Below are positions 35,600 through 44,679 of a DNA stretch of 64,000 bases, piece after piece; the stretch's first letter is position 1, and every line of letters starts with the position of its first letter. This DNA is from a virus. Both the position numbers and the translations under genes were made by a program. The notes beneath the pieces were generated by a model. The model searched no databases and was not told the DNA's origin. It saw nothing but the letters and a program-made list of their open reading frames with translations. The stretch covers positions 1 to 64,000 of the IMG/VR virus record IMGVR_UViG_3300024344_000002, one strand, 5' to 3'.

Positions 35600-36000
35600 T
35601 GGAAGAATCATACGCAGAACTTGTCAGAAAATCTGATAAGTTTAAAACAGACAAAGATAAAAAGTACAAAGACGTTTCAAAAGATCGTCTTTTAAAAATA
35701 TCCAAGAAAAAAGTTCAAACAACTATGATTGGCGCTTTAAGCACAATCGAGCGAGTTTTTGGTTTTTTATGGGGTCATGGTTCTCAAGAAGAACTTACTC
35801 CAGAACAAGAACACATGAAAGAGCTTTTTGAAGAAGTTAGATCGGAAATATTGGACAGGGGCAACAATCAGTCTAGAAATCTCGAAGCTGAATTTGCTAA
35901 TTATGAAATTAATTGGTTGAGGTATCAAATGACGTTACCCGTTAAACCACTAAATACATTAGAAGGAGATAAAGATGGCCAAGCAGAAACAGCTGGATAA
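35599..36000 (+). CDS. hypothetical protein (tail assembly region)
   Basis: TGATG overlap, GGAG RBS. Confidence 0.6.
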   Translation: MEESYAELVRKSDKFKTDKDKKYKDVSKDRLLKISKKKVQTTMIGALSTIERVFGFLWGHGSQEELTPEQEHMKELFEEVRSEILDRGNNQSRNLEAEFANYEINWLRYQMTLPVKPLNTLEGDKDGQAETAG

Positions 36001-36916
36001 GATCGAAGTAAAAAGTGTTGACTCAAGAGGTAAAGACAGAACTGTTTATCTTAAACTACCTGACTCGAAAGTAAATAAGGAAGCTCAGTTAGCATACAAC
36101 AAGGCTTTCCGAAATGCACTTCAAGACGGCGCAATACTCAGACAAAAACTGAACAGCGTCATGAGAGAGCAAGGAGTTTGGAGTGACAAAAAACAAGACG
36201 AATACGATAAAGTACTCAAAGAGATTAATGATAGCGAACTAAGAATTAAAAAGGGTGGTATTTCACTTGCGGAAGCTAAAAAAGTGGCAATGTCCCTTAG
36301 AGATCTTAGAGACCGCTTCAGAGTGCTTATTGCAGAACGATCTTCGATGGATAGTAACACCGCAGAAGGCTTAGCAGATAATGAAAGATTTGGTTATCTA
36401 GTCTATGCTTGTTTGGTAAACGAAAAAGGTCATAGACTTTTTGATGATTATGATTCGTATCAAACAAACGAAGCAGAACCATTTGTGGTGGAAGCAGCTG
36501 GAGCTTTGGCAGAAAAGTTGTATGGATTAGATCCAGACTACGATAAAAATTTACCAGAAAATAAGTTTTTAGTTGATTATAGTTTTGCTGATGAAGAACT
36601 AAGACTTGTTAATGAAGAAGGCCATCTAGTTGACAGAGAGGGTAGACTCATCAACGAAGACGGTAGATTCATTGCCTATAATGATGACGGTGAACCATAT
36701 TTTATAGACAAAGACGGTAAACTAGTTACTGAAGATGGCGAATACGATATTGAATTTTCACCATTCTTGGACGACTCAGGAGATGCAGTTCCTGTACCCG
36801 GCCAAGAAGAAGAAAAGAAAGAAGAAGAGGAAGAAGTCGCTGTAGTAGAAGAAAAGCCTAAACCTAAAACTACAAGACGACGCAGGACAACTAAGCAAAA
36901 AGCAGATACCGAATAG
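35975..36916 (+). CDS. putative tail assembly chaperone with xxDxxG hairpin repeats
   Basis: Directly precedes the TMP; LVNEEGHLVDREGRLINEDGRF..NDDGE..IDKDGKLVTEDGE. Confidence 0.5.
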   Translation: MAKQKQLDKIEVKSVDSRGKDRTVYLKLPDSKVNKEAQLAYNKAFRNALQDGAILRQKLNSVMREQGVWSDKKQDEYDKVLKEINDSELRIKKGGISLAEAKKVAMSLRDLRDRFRVLIAERSSMDSNTAEGLADNERFGYLVYACLVNEKGHRLFDDYDSYQTNEAEPFVVEAAGALAEKLYGLDPDYDKNLPENKFLVDYSFADEELRLVNEEGHLVDREGRLINEDGRFIAYNDDGEPYFIDKDGKLVTEDGEYDIEFSPFLDDSGDAVPVPGQEEEKKEEEEEVAVVEEKPKPKTTRRRRTTKQKADTE

Positions 36917-36924
36917 TTAACTGG

Positions 36925-36971
36925 AAAGTGGGTATATCGTAGAACTGTCTAACGATATGCCCATTTTTTTT
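36925..36971 (+). terminator. terminator-like hairpin directly upstream of the tape measure RBS
   Basis: GTGGGTATATCGT-agaactgtcta-ACGATATGCCCAT plus T-run. Confidence 0.65.
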
Positions 36972-36981
36972 GAGGTAGAAG

Positions 36982-39900
36982 ATGTCCGACAAGTTTCTTT
37001 TAACAGCACAATTACACTTACAAGCCCCTACTAATACAAAACAGGTATTGAAACAGATTCAAAACCAGTTGAAAGGTGCTAATGTAAATGTTCAACTCAA
37101 AAATGCTAAGCAGACTGTTACTCAGTTAAAGCAGACAGCTAAACAACTGCAAACTGTACAAAAACAAGCTAAAGGTGCTGAAACTCAAATGGACCGGCTT
37201 GGAAAAGCTTTCGGTCAAACTTTAAAGTATATTGTTCGATACGACCTTGCTCGTAGAGTTTTTAGTCTATTTACAAATGCTATTGAACAAGGTACTAGAG
37301 ATGCTATAGCCTTTGAAAGAGAAATGGTAAAAGTTTCTCAGGTTACTGGCAAGTCAATGAGGCAACTTTCTGGCCTTACCAAAGAAATTGGAAACCTTGC
37401 TAAAGCATATGGTACTTCATCTGCTCAATTAGTAAAGACTGCTCGTGTTTTGTCTCAAACAGGTATGGCTGCTAGAGATGTAGAAATGGCTATGAAGTCT
37501 TTAGCCAAAAGTACATTAGCTCCAACCTTTGACAATATTACAGATACTGCTGAAACTGCTATTGCAGCTATGAGGCAGTTTAGATTGGAAGCCAATCAGT
37601 TAGAGGGTCTCTTAAATAAGATCAATGTTGTCGCCGGTAACTTTGCTGTTGAAGCTTCTGATATTGGTGCTGCTATTAAGCGTGCCGGTGGTGCGTTTGC
37701 TTCTGCTGGTGGACAAGTAGAAGAGTTCATAGCACTCTTCACTTCTGTCCGTGCTACAACGCGAGAAACTGCTGAAACGATTGCTACTGGTATGAGAACT
37801 ATCTTTACCAGAATACAAAGACCTAAAACAATACAATTTCTAAAACAGTTTGGTGTAGAGCTGCAAAACTTAGAAGGTCAGTTTATTGGGCCTTACCAAG
37901 CTGTAGAACAATTAAACAAAGCTCTAGCTGGTCTAGACCCTAAAGATGTTCGTTATTCAATGATTATTGAACAGCTTGGTGGTTTTAGACAAGTTTCTAA
38001 AGTTATTCCACTTATTCAACAATTTGGTACTGCCCAAGATGCTTTGAATAAACAAATGTCTTCCCAAGGAAGTTTGTCCGCAGATGCTGCCAAAGCTCAA
38101 AAAACTCTTGCTGTTCAGATCGCCCAGTTAACTGAAAATGTTAAAGAGCTATTTAGAAATATAACTTCCTCTGCCACTTTTCAAGTCCTTGCTAAAGGCG
38201 CTGTTGCATTTTCTAATGCTATTGTAAAAGCCGCTGATGCTATCTCTGGATTGATACCTATTCTTGGAGCCTTGTTTGCTGTTAAAGGTATGAAGTGGTT
38301 AATGGGAGGAGGTATGTCAACGATACTGGGTTCTGGTGGTGGAAGACCTAGACCCTATGGACCTGCACCTCAAGGATTTAGTCAGGGTGGTTGGGTTCCC
38401 GGAACTGGTAGTGGTGATACTGTACCAGCATACTTAGAACCGGGTGAATTTGTTATTCGTAAACGTTCTGCTCAAAAACTTGGTCCTAGATTAAACTCTC
38501 TTAACAAGTATGCTGGTGGCGGTGTTGTTTCTGCAAAACACACCGGGACGGTAGATGGCGATACTTATAGAGCAACTTTGAGAAATAGTGGAAAACCGTA
38601 TAGTAGTCGTACTAGACTCAAAGGTTATGACGCTGCTGAAATGCCAATTGAGCGTGAGAAAGAAATATGGAAAGCGCATGGAATAAATCCTGATACTGAT
38701 CATCCGGGTATCGTAGCTAAAGGCATAGCAGAGAGTTATGCTAGCAAATTAACTCCTAAAAAATTCACAGCGATGTTTACAGGTAAAGATGGATCAGGGC
38801 ATGGGATGGGTGCTTTTGATAGACCTCATTATAAAGCTGACGATCTTGGTGAACAGCTAGTAGGTGCGGGAGTTGGTGCAAAAGGTAAGTTTAGTATTTA
38901 TGACTGGCTTGTAAAAAATAAAGGGCAGAAGAAAGCAGACGCTATAGTGAAGGCGGGTAAAGCAACTAAGGATAAAAGTGTTCGTTCAAGAGGAGATAAG
39001 TACAACAGAGGCGGTAAAGTACGCGCTCCTAACTCTTTGTTAACTCCCGGTGAGTTTGTTGTTAACAAAAAGTCTGCTAAAAGAATTGGTTATGGCACGC
39101 TTGGCTCTCTGAATAGATATGCTGTTGGTGGTGTGGCAGGCGGTGGCTTAGGATTCGCAGGTGGTGGACTTAACGCAGAACAGGCTCAAGCGTTAATTGA
39201 CGCAATAACAAAACTAGTTCCTTCTTTTGAGAGACTACAACTAGCTACTGGAAAAGTTGGTGATGTTTTTGAGGCCACAAAAAATGCAGGAAAAGAATTA
39301 ACTAAATTTGCCGCTTCTACAGCTGAAGCTGGAGCTGAAGTTGGTCTACAGTACGCTAAGTTTAAGGCTTTTGGCGGTGCTGTTAATGCAGGTCTAGATT
39401 CTATAGGTTTGCAGAATACTGCTTTTGAATCTCTCGTAGATACTACGTTTCAAGTAAAAGCTAATTTAGCCGCTATGGGTGAAGCAGCCAATCAACTAAA
39501 AGGTGACTTCGGAGATGCTGCTCAAGGATTTTTTGAAACTTTAGCTGGTAGTGGAAAGCTAGGCAAAAAAGCTAAAGGGTTTGCAGAGGGTGGAGGCATT
39601 GGAAAGATTCGAGATAGGCTTACACAAGATGCAGAAGCTGCCGGTAGGTTTGGTGTGGGTGGCAAAGGATCTAGAGATGCTCTAAAAATGGAGCAAGAAA
39701 AACTTCCACAGATGCGAAAACAGGTGGAATCAAAACAAAAAGAATTAGACGCATCAAATAAAGCGTTAGAAAAAGCTAAGCGCGCTCAAGCATATAAAGC
39801 TCCCGGTGACACTGGAAAGCTAGACAGAGCGAGATACGAACAACAACAAGCTCAAGAAAGCTTAGGTAAAGCGAAAGGTCGTGTAGCTGGGGGAGAAAAA

Positions 39901-42900
39901 TCAGTTAGAAAAGCGCAGATGAAGGGCATGGCCATTCAAGCTGCTGCTGCTTTAGCTACTAGTGTTGGTAAAAAACTTGAAGCTACAGGAATGGCCGCAG
40001 CAGAGGCGGGTGAAGGAACTGGTATGCAAGCTGCTGCTGGTAGATCTTTAGGAATGGCTGGACAGGGTGCGCAAATGGGTGCTATGTTTGGTCCTATGGG
40101 TGCTGCTGCTGGTGCTGTTACCGGTGCGCTTATTGGTTTTGTCACAGGTCTTAGAGATGCTAAGTTAGCTCTCGCAAAAGCAAGACTTGGCGAAGTTATG
40201 GAAGACACTGCTGAAACGATGCAAAAGTTCCGTGATGGAACAGCAACAGCAGCTGAAGTGCAGGCAAAATTAAATACGCAATCTACTGCTATTGATGATT
40301 TTAAGGCTGAAGGAATGGGGGGATATGCTGGAAGCACTGCTGGAAATAATGCAACGAATATTGTTGCCGGAGCGACTTCTGGTGCAGCTATTGGTGCGGC
40401 TATTGGAAGTATCGTTCCTATCTTTGGAACTGCTGCTGGTGCAATTGTCGGTGGTATCACTGGTGCAGTTACTGGTTTCTTCGCGGATTGGGCAGGACCA
40501 GACACAGAAGCTGTCACTGCTGAATGGGCTAAATCAACGCTAGAAATGCAGAAAAATATAAAAGAATTCCGAACTGGCGTTATTAATACCTCTAAGTCTT
40601 TTTCACAATTTGAATCTAATTTTGGAAGTGAAAATATAGATAGAATTGCCAAGATGGAGGGCAAGACTAGACAACAAGTAGTAAAAGAAATAACGAAAGA
40701 AATAAACGAAAGGAACAAACAAAGAGAAGCAGCTGAAAGACTAGTTGAAGCTCAAAATGAAGCAACTAAACAAATGATTAGGATGCAGCAATTGGGTCAA
40801 GTCTTTGATGAGCTGTCTTTTAGAATGGAAGGTTTTGGTAATGTACTAGATGGATTATCTAACATCACCGGAAGTGTCAAAATAGGATCTATAGGTTCAG
40901 CTCTTTCTGACGAAAGAATGGCTTCTAGAGATCAAGCTTCAAGAGATAGATATACAGGCAACGTTGATGCACTCACTAATATGGCTGGTGAGGGCGACAT
41001 GGGCTTAAAGAATTTTGCAGATAGTGCAAAGGGTGGCGCAATACTATCTCAAGAACTTGGAAGAGCCTTGACTATGAATCGAAAAGGCATTGGTGTTACA
41101 AGAAAGTTAGACGACGAAGGCAATATGTCTATCGTCGAAGGTAGCTTCGCTCAGAATGTAATGGACACCATACCTAAAGAGCTTGCCGATAAAATTCCAC
41201 CGGATATGTACGATCAGGTTAAAGACAACATAGCTGACATGGTTGTCGCTGAAGGTGGTTTAGAAAACCTACAGAAGAAGATACAAGAAGATCCAGATGC
41301 TCTAGTGAAAGAGCTTACAGGCGGATTGACTGAATCTAATAAAGCGTTTGAACAAGCTGGTAAAATGCTTGATTCTCATAATGCTAAGCTCCAAGAAGCG
41401 TATGCTAAACGCAACTCAATGGAGATGAGCTTTATAAAAACTCTACAAGATTTAAATACTCGTAGAGCATCATTAGTTGCCGATGACAGGGTGAGAAGAG
41501 GCGGTAAAGGAATGAGTACCGCAGAAGCTAGGGCTTTAGACGCTAAAAACAGAGGCGTAGCCATGAATGCAGTTTCTGCCGGTACTATGGCTTCAACTGG
41601 TTTAACAGCTGGTTCTGGACCAAAAGAAATTGCTAAAGCTATGGCTAAAGTTCGTGAAGACATAAAACAGAGCGATGAACAATTAGCAACCCAAGGAGTG
41701 ACGGGCGTTGGTATGGACTCTTCGCAGGGGTTGGCTGATTCACAAAAAGATCTAATAAAAGCGAACGCAGACTTAAAATCTGATTATGAAAAACTGCAAG
41801 GGGTTATGCAGCAATATGCTTCTTCTCAACAAGAGATGATCGCTCTTAACAAAGAGTTAGAGCAGCAGCAAAAGAAACAAAAGACATTAGAGCAATTAGC
41901 TGAAGATATGGCTTTTGGTACTGCTGAGCAAAAAGGTGAAGCCGCCAAGGTGATGAATGAGCTTGCTAAAGCTAAGACTATGGGAATTGGCGCTGTAGAT
42001 CCTGAATATCAAAGACAAATAGTAGGTCTTCTCAAACAAACTGGTAACGAAGACTTAGTTACTTCAACTATAAATCAAACCGCAGCAAATGCTGGAGTAA
42101 TGTTAGATCCAAAGACTGGTGGTATCAAAGGGGTGACAACCGCTAGCGATAAACGTAATGAAATTGCTGACAGGATGAAAGAGCTTGACGAACAAGGTCT
42201 AGCAGCCGCAGAAGGTTTAGCTTCTGAAGAAGGTCAGATACTAGCTGACTTCTCTGCTGGTATTGAGTCTCTTCATCAGAAGTTCTTAAGTGAACTCTTT
42301 AACATGTTAGCAGAAGCAAGAAAGAGAGAGTTAGAAGATAGAAAAGCCGACTTAGAAGCAGAACAAGAGGTTACACAAAAGCAGTTAGACTTCTTCGGAA
42401 AAGATGCAGCTGCTGCCTTGGGAATAGAAGATATAAGCAAGCTCAAGTTCAAAGATGGAGATACAGAACTTACTGGAGCTGCTGCTATGGAAAGAATTAT
42501 TCAAGGAGGATTTCTGGGGCAAGTCACTCAAGCTCAAAATATACAATCAAATATGGCAGGTAACCCTCTCGCAGCAGCTGTCATGGGAGGTATGGGAACC
42601 GAAGTATTAGATGACTTCCGTGACGGAAGCCATAATGCCATTCTTGAACAGCTTGGAATTACGGCAGCGGATGTTTACTCCACAGGATCTGACGCAAATG
42701 AAGATACTGACTTAGATGCAGCTAATACAGATATGGCGCAGCATATAGCAGCTAGAATGGGAGAAGAGCTAAGCAAAGCAGGTTTTGATATTGATGGTGA
42801 TACGCTACAAAAAAGATTGCTGGACAGACTTTCACCCGAAAAAATGGAATCTCTTGGCGGCTTTGACTTTGATGATTGGATAAGTGGTCAATTAGAAGCA

Positions 42901-44673
42901 ATAGGTAGAGGCGCTAGAAATCAAGTAAAACTCACTGGCAAGAATCAAGAAGCTCTTCAAGCTTTACAAGGGGCTAATGCTACAAACTTAGGTTCAGGTG
43001 CGCAGTCCCAAATAGACAAACTGCAAGCAGAAGCTGGCATCGAAGCAGGCATACAATTTGACATAGGCAAAGCAAACGAAGAATTAGATAAATCTATTGA
43101 GAAGCTTGCTACTACAGTCAATGAAATGGCTGACCTTGATAAAAAGACAGGAGCCAAAAAAGTTGAACAAGCCGAAGCTGAAGCAAAGATTGAACAAAAG
43201 AGACAAGAAGAAAACAAAAAAGTAACAGATCAAATCAAAGGTGATACAGGAGTTCCAGTAGCTTCTGTTGGTGGAAGTGCAGCACCAATAGCTGCTACAA
43301 CATTTAATGCAAGTCCAATAGTAGGAATGAAACAGGATCTGCCAACTCCTATGTCATTATCAGACATGCCAGATGGAGAGTGGGTAGGGCCTTCATTAAG
43401 TCAAACTGGACCCGAAGCAGAAGCAAAAGTTATAGCTCAAGAAATGACTAAACAGCAGAGCATTGCTCCTAGTGCTGCAAGCGGAGGAGGAGCATCTTCG
43501 TTTATCAGTAATATGGGTAAAGGTTTATCTAATGCACTTTCAAAGGGTAGCGAGTTAATTTCCCAAGTAGACCCAACAAGCATGAAGAAGGCTATGGTAG
43601 CTGCTCAGTCATCAAGTAGACGCGAAAGATTAGCCGAACTCAAAGAACAGATAAAAGGTACTACAGAACAACAAAGTAGATTTAAATCCATTCACAAAGA
43701 GGGAACAAGCACGAATATGCTTGAAACTCTGAATAGCTATAATCCGATGACGGGGTTTGGCATGATAGGTCCGAATAGTGACTTCCAAAGCAAAACTGGC
43801 ATGAGCAAAGATTTTGTTGAAAGAGAGATGGGTAAAGGTGCAGAACAATTAAAGGGTCTAAAAGCAGAACAAGCATCTTTGTTAGCTGAAGAAAAAATGG
43901 CAGCAGAAGTAGCTGCACAAGAACAAGCAGCAGCAGACGAGGCTGCAAAGTTTGAACCTTTGATTCTAGCTATTACTGACGGTAGCTTGGCGATAGTAGA
44001 AGCGATTGAAAATTCTGCTATGAGCGCAGAGCAAAAAAGAGCTGAGGCTGAACAAGCAGCCCAAGAACAAGCAATCGCAGAACAGACAAAGACTCCAGAG
44101 CAATTAGCTCAAGAGGCGGCAAAGTCAGCATCAATGTCAACTGCGCAATCACAAGTAGATAGCTTGTCGAAATATGGACTAAACACTGGAATATCCACTG
44201 CTTCTAATACACTAAGAAGAGAACAGGAAAGACAAGCAGCAGAAGCAGAAGCTGTTAAGAAACAAGAAGAACTAGCAAAACAATTAAAGAATGGAGCGGG
44301 AGATGCCTTAGCTCAAGCTGGTGCGAGTGATCTAACGCCTGATCAACAAAAACAACTTTCCTCAAAATTAGAAGCGCCGGGTTCAGAAGGGTTATTGTCA
44401 GCTCTAGGTGTTGAACCATTACAAGAGCAAGTAGAAAGACTTGGTTCTATATTTGAAAATGCGCTTCAAGTTGAAGTTGGTGGTACTATAGATGTAAACG
44501 TTAATATGAATGGTGCTGAAGCATTAGCGAATGCTGAAAAAGCATTTGGATCATTAGCTTCTAAGAAAGCTACTGATGCAATAAATAACTTTATTAGTGA
44601 AATGAATAAAGGCGGCAATAACGCAAGACCTAAACAGAAGGAAAATTGGACTGGTAATGGAGAGGCAAGCTAA
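36982..44673 (+). CDS. tail tape measure protein (2563 aa) with embedded SNase-like domain
   Basis: N-terminal TP901-type core (FEREMVKVSQVTG, ETIATGMRTIFTRI, GGFRQVSK), glycine-zipper hydrophobic stretches, long Ala/Gln/Lys helices; VDGDT/RLKGYDAAE insert. Confidence 0.9.
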   Translation: MSDKFLLTAQLHLQAPTNTKQVLKQIQNQLKGANVNVQLKNAKQTVTQLKQTAKQLQTVQKQAKGAETQMDRLGKAFGQTLKYIVRYDLARRVFSLFTNAIEQGTRDAIAFEREMVKVSQVTGKSMRQLSGLTKEIGNLAKAYGTSSAQLVKTARVLSQTGMAARDVEMAMKSLAKSTLAPTFDNITDTAETAIAAMRQFRLEANQLEGLLNKINVVAGNFAVEASDIGAAIKRAGGAFASAGGQVEEFIALFTSVRATTRETAETIATGMRTIFTRIQRPKTIQFLKQFGVELQNLEGQFIGPYQAVEQLNKALAGLDPKDVRYSMIIEQLGGFRQVSKVIPLIQQFGTAQDALNKQMSSQGSLSADAAKAQKTLAVQIAQLTENVKELFRNITSSATFQVLAKGAVAFSNAIVKAADAISGLIPILGALFAVKGMKWLMGGGMSTILGSGGGRPRPYGPAPQGFSQGGWVPGTGSGDTVPAYLEPGEFVIRKRSAQKLGPRLNSLNKYAGGGVVSAKHTGTVDGDTYRATLRNSGKPYSSRTRLKGYDAAEMPIEREKEIWKAHGINPDTDHPGIVAKGIAESYASKLTPKKFTAMFTGKDGSGHGMGAFDRPHYKADDLGEQLVGAGVGAKGKFSIYDWLVKNKGQKKADAIVKAGKATKDKSVRSRGDKYNRGGKVRAPNSLLTPGEFVVNKKSAKRIGYGTLGSLNRYAVGGVAGGGLGFAGGGLNAEQAQALIDAITKLVPSFERLQLATGKVGDVFEATKNAGKELTKFAASTAEAGAEVGLQYAKFKAFGGAVNAGLDSIGLQNTAFESLVDTTFQVKANLAAMGEAANQLKGDFGDAAQGFFETLAGSGKLGKKAKGFAEGGGIGKIRDRLTQDAEAAGRFGVGGKGSRDALKMEQEKLPQMRKQVESKQKELDASNKALEKAKRAQAYKAPGDTGKLDRARYEQQQAQESLGKAKGRVAGGEKSVRKAQMKGMAIQAAAALATSVGKKLEATGMAAAEAGEGTGMQAAAGRSLGMAGQGAQMGAMFGPMGAAAGAVTGALIGFVTGLRDAKLALAKARLGEVMEDTAETMQKFRDGTATAAEVQAKLNTQSTAIDDFKAEGMGGYAGSTAGNNATNIVAGATSGAAIGAAIGSIVPIFGTAAGAIVGGITGAVTGFFADWAGPDTEAVTAEWAKSTLEMQKNIKEFRTGVINTSKSFSQFESNFGSENIDRIAKMEGKTRQQVVKEITKEINERNKQREAAERLVEAQNEATKQMIRMQQLGQVFDELSFRMEGFGNVLDGLSNITGSVKIGSIGSALSDERMASRDQASRDRYTGNVDALTNMAGEGDMGLKNFADSAKGGAILSQELGRALTMNRKGIGVTRKLDDEGNMSIVEGSFAQNVMDTIPKELADKIPPDMYDQVKDNIADMVVAEGGLENLQKKIQEDPDALVKELTGGLTESNKAFEQAGKMLDSHNAKLQEAYAKRNSMEMSFIKTLQDLNTRRASLVADDRVRRGGKGMSTAEARALDAKNRGVAMNAVSAGTMASTGLTAGSGPKEIAKAMAKVREDIKQSDEQLATQGVTGVGMDSSQGLADSQKDLIKANADLKSDYEKLQGVMQQYASSQQEMIALNKELEQQQKKQKTLEQLAEDMAFGTAEQKGEAAKVMNELAKAKTMGIGAVDPEYQRQIVGLLKQTGNEDLVTSTINQTAANAGVMLDPKTGGIKGVTTASDKRNEIADRMKELDEQGLAAAEGLASEEGQILADFSAGIESLHQKFLSELFNMLAEARKRELEDRKADLEAEQEVTQKQLDFFGKDAAAALGIEDISKLKFKDGDTELTGAAAMERIIQGGFLGQVTQAQNIQSNMAGNPLAAAVMGGMGTEVLDDFRDGSHNAILEQLGITAADVYSTGSDANEDTDLDAANTDMAQHIAARMGEELSKAGFDIDGDTLQKRLLDRLSPEKMESLGGFDFDDWISGQLEAIGRGARNQVKLTGKNQEALQALQGANATNLGSGAQSQIDKLQAEAGIEAGIQFDIGKANEELDKSIEKLATTVNEMADLDKKTGAKKVEQAEAEAKIEQKRQEENKKVTDQIKGDTGVPVASVGGSAAPIAATTFNASPIVGMKQDLPTPMSLSDMPDGEWVGPSLSQTGPEAEAKVIAQEMTKQQSIAPSAASGGGASSFISNMGKGLSNALSKGSELISQVDPTSMKKAMVAAQSSSRRERLAELKEQIKGTTEQQSRFKSIHKEGTSTNMLETLNSYNPMTGFGMIGPNSDFQSKTGMSKDFVEREMGKGAEQLKGLKAEQASLLAEEKMAAEVAAQEQAAADEAAKFEPLILAITDGSLAIVEAIENSAMSAEQKRAEAEQAAQEQAIAEQTKTPEQLAQEAAKSASMSTAQSQVDSLSKYGLNTGISTASNTLRREQERQAAEAEAVKKQEELAKQLKNGAGDALAQAGASDLTPDQQKQLSSKLEAPGSEGLLSALGVEPLQEQVERLGSIFENALQVEVGGTIDVNVNMNGAEALANAEKAFGSLASKKATDAINNFISEMNKGGNNARPKQKENWTGNGEAS

Positions 44674-44679
44674 GACAAG

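Noticed and set aside
34565-36916. Lambda G/GT-type programmed -1 frameshift
   Set aside because: No convincing slippery heptamer at the ORF junctions; the downstream ORFs have their own RBS and ATG
39936-40718. 260-aa minus-strand ORF (and similar ones at 13787..14215, 18293..18931, 19513..20070, 46842..47249, 61287..61775)
   Set aside because: Antisense shadows of biased-codon or low-complexity plus-strand genes; no RBS or recognisable motifs
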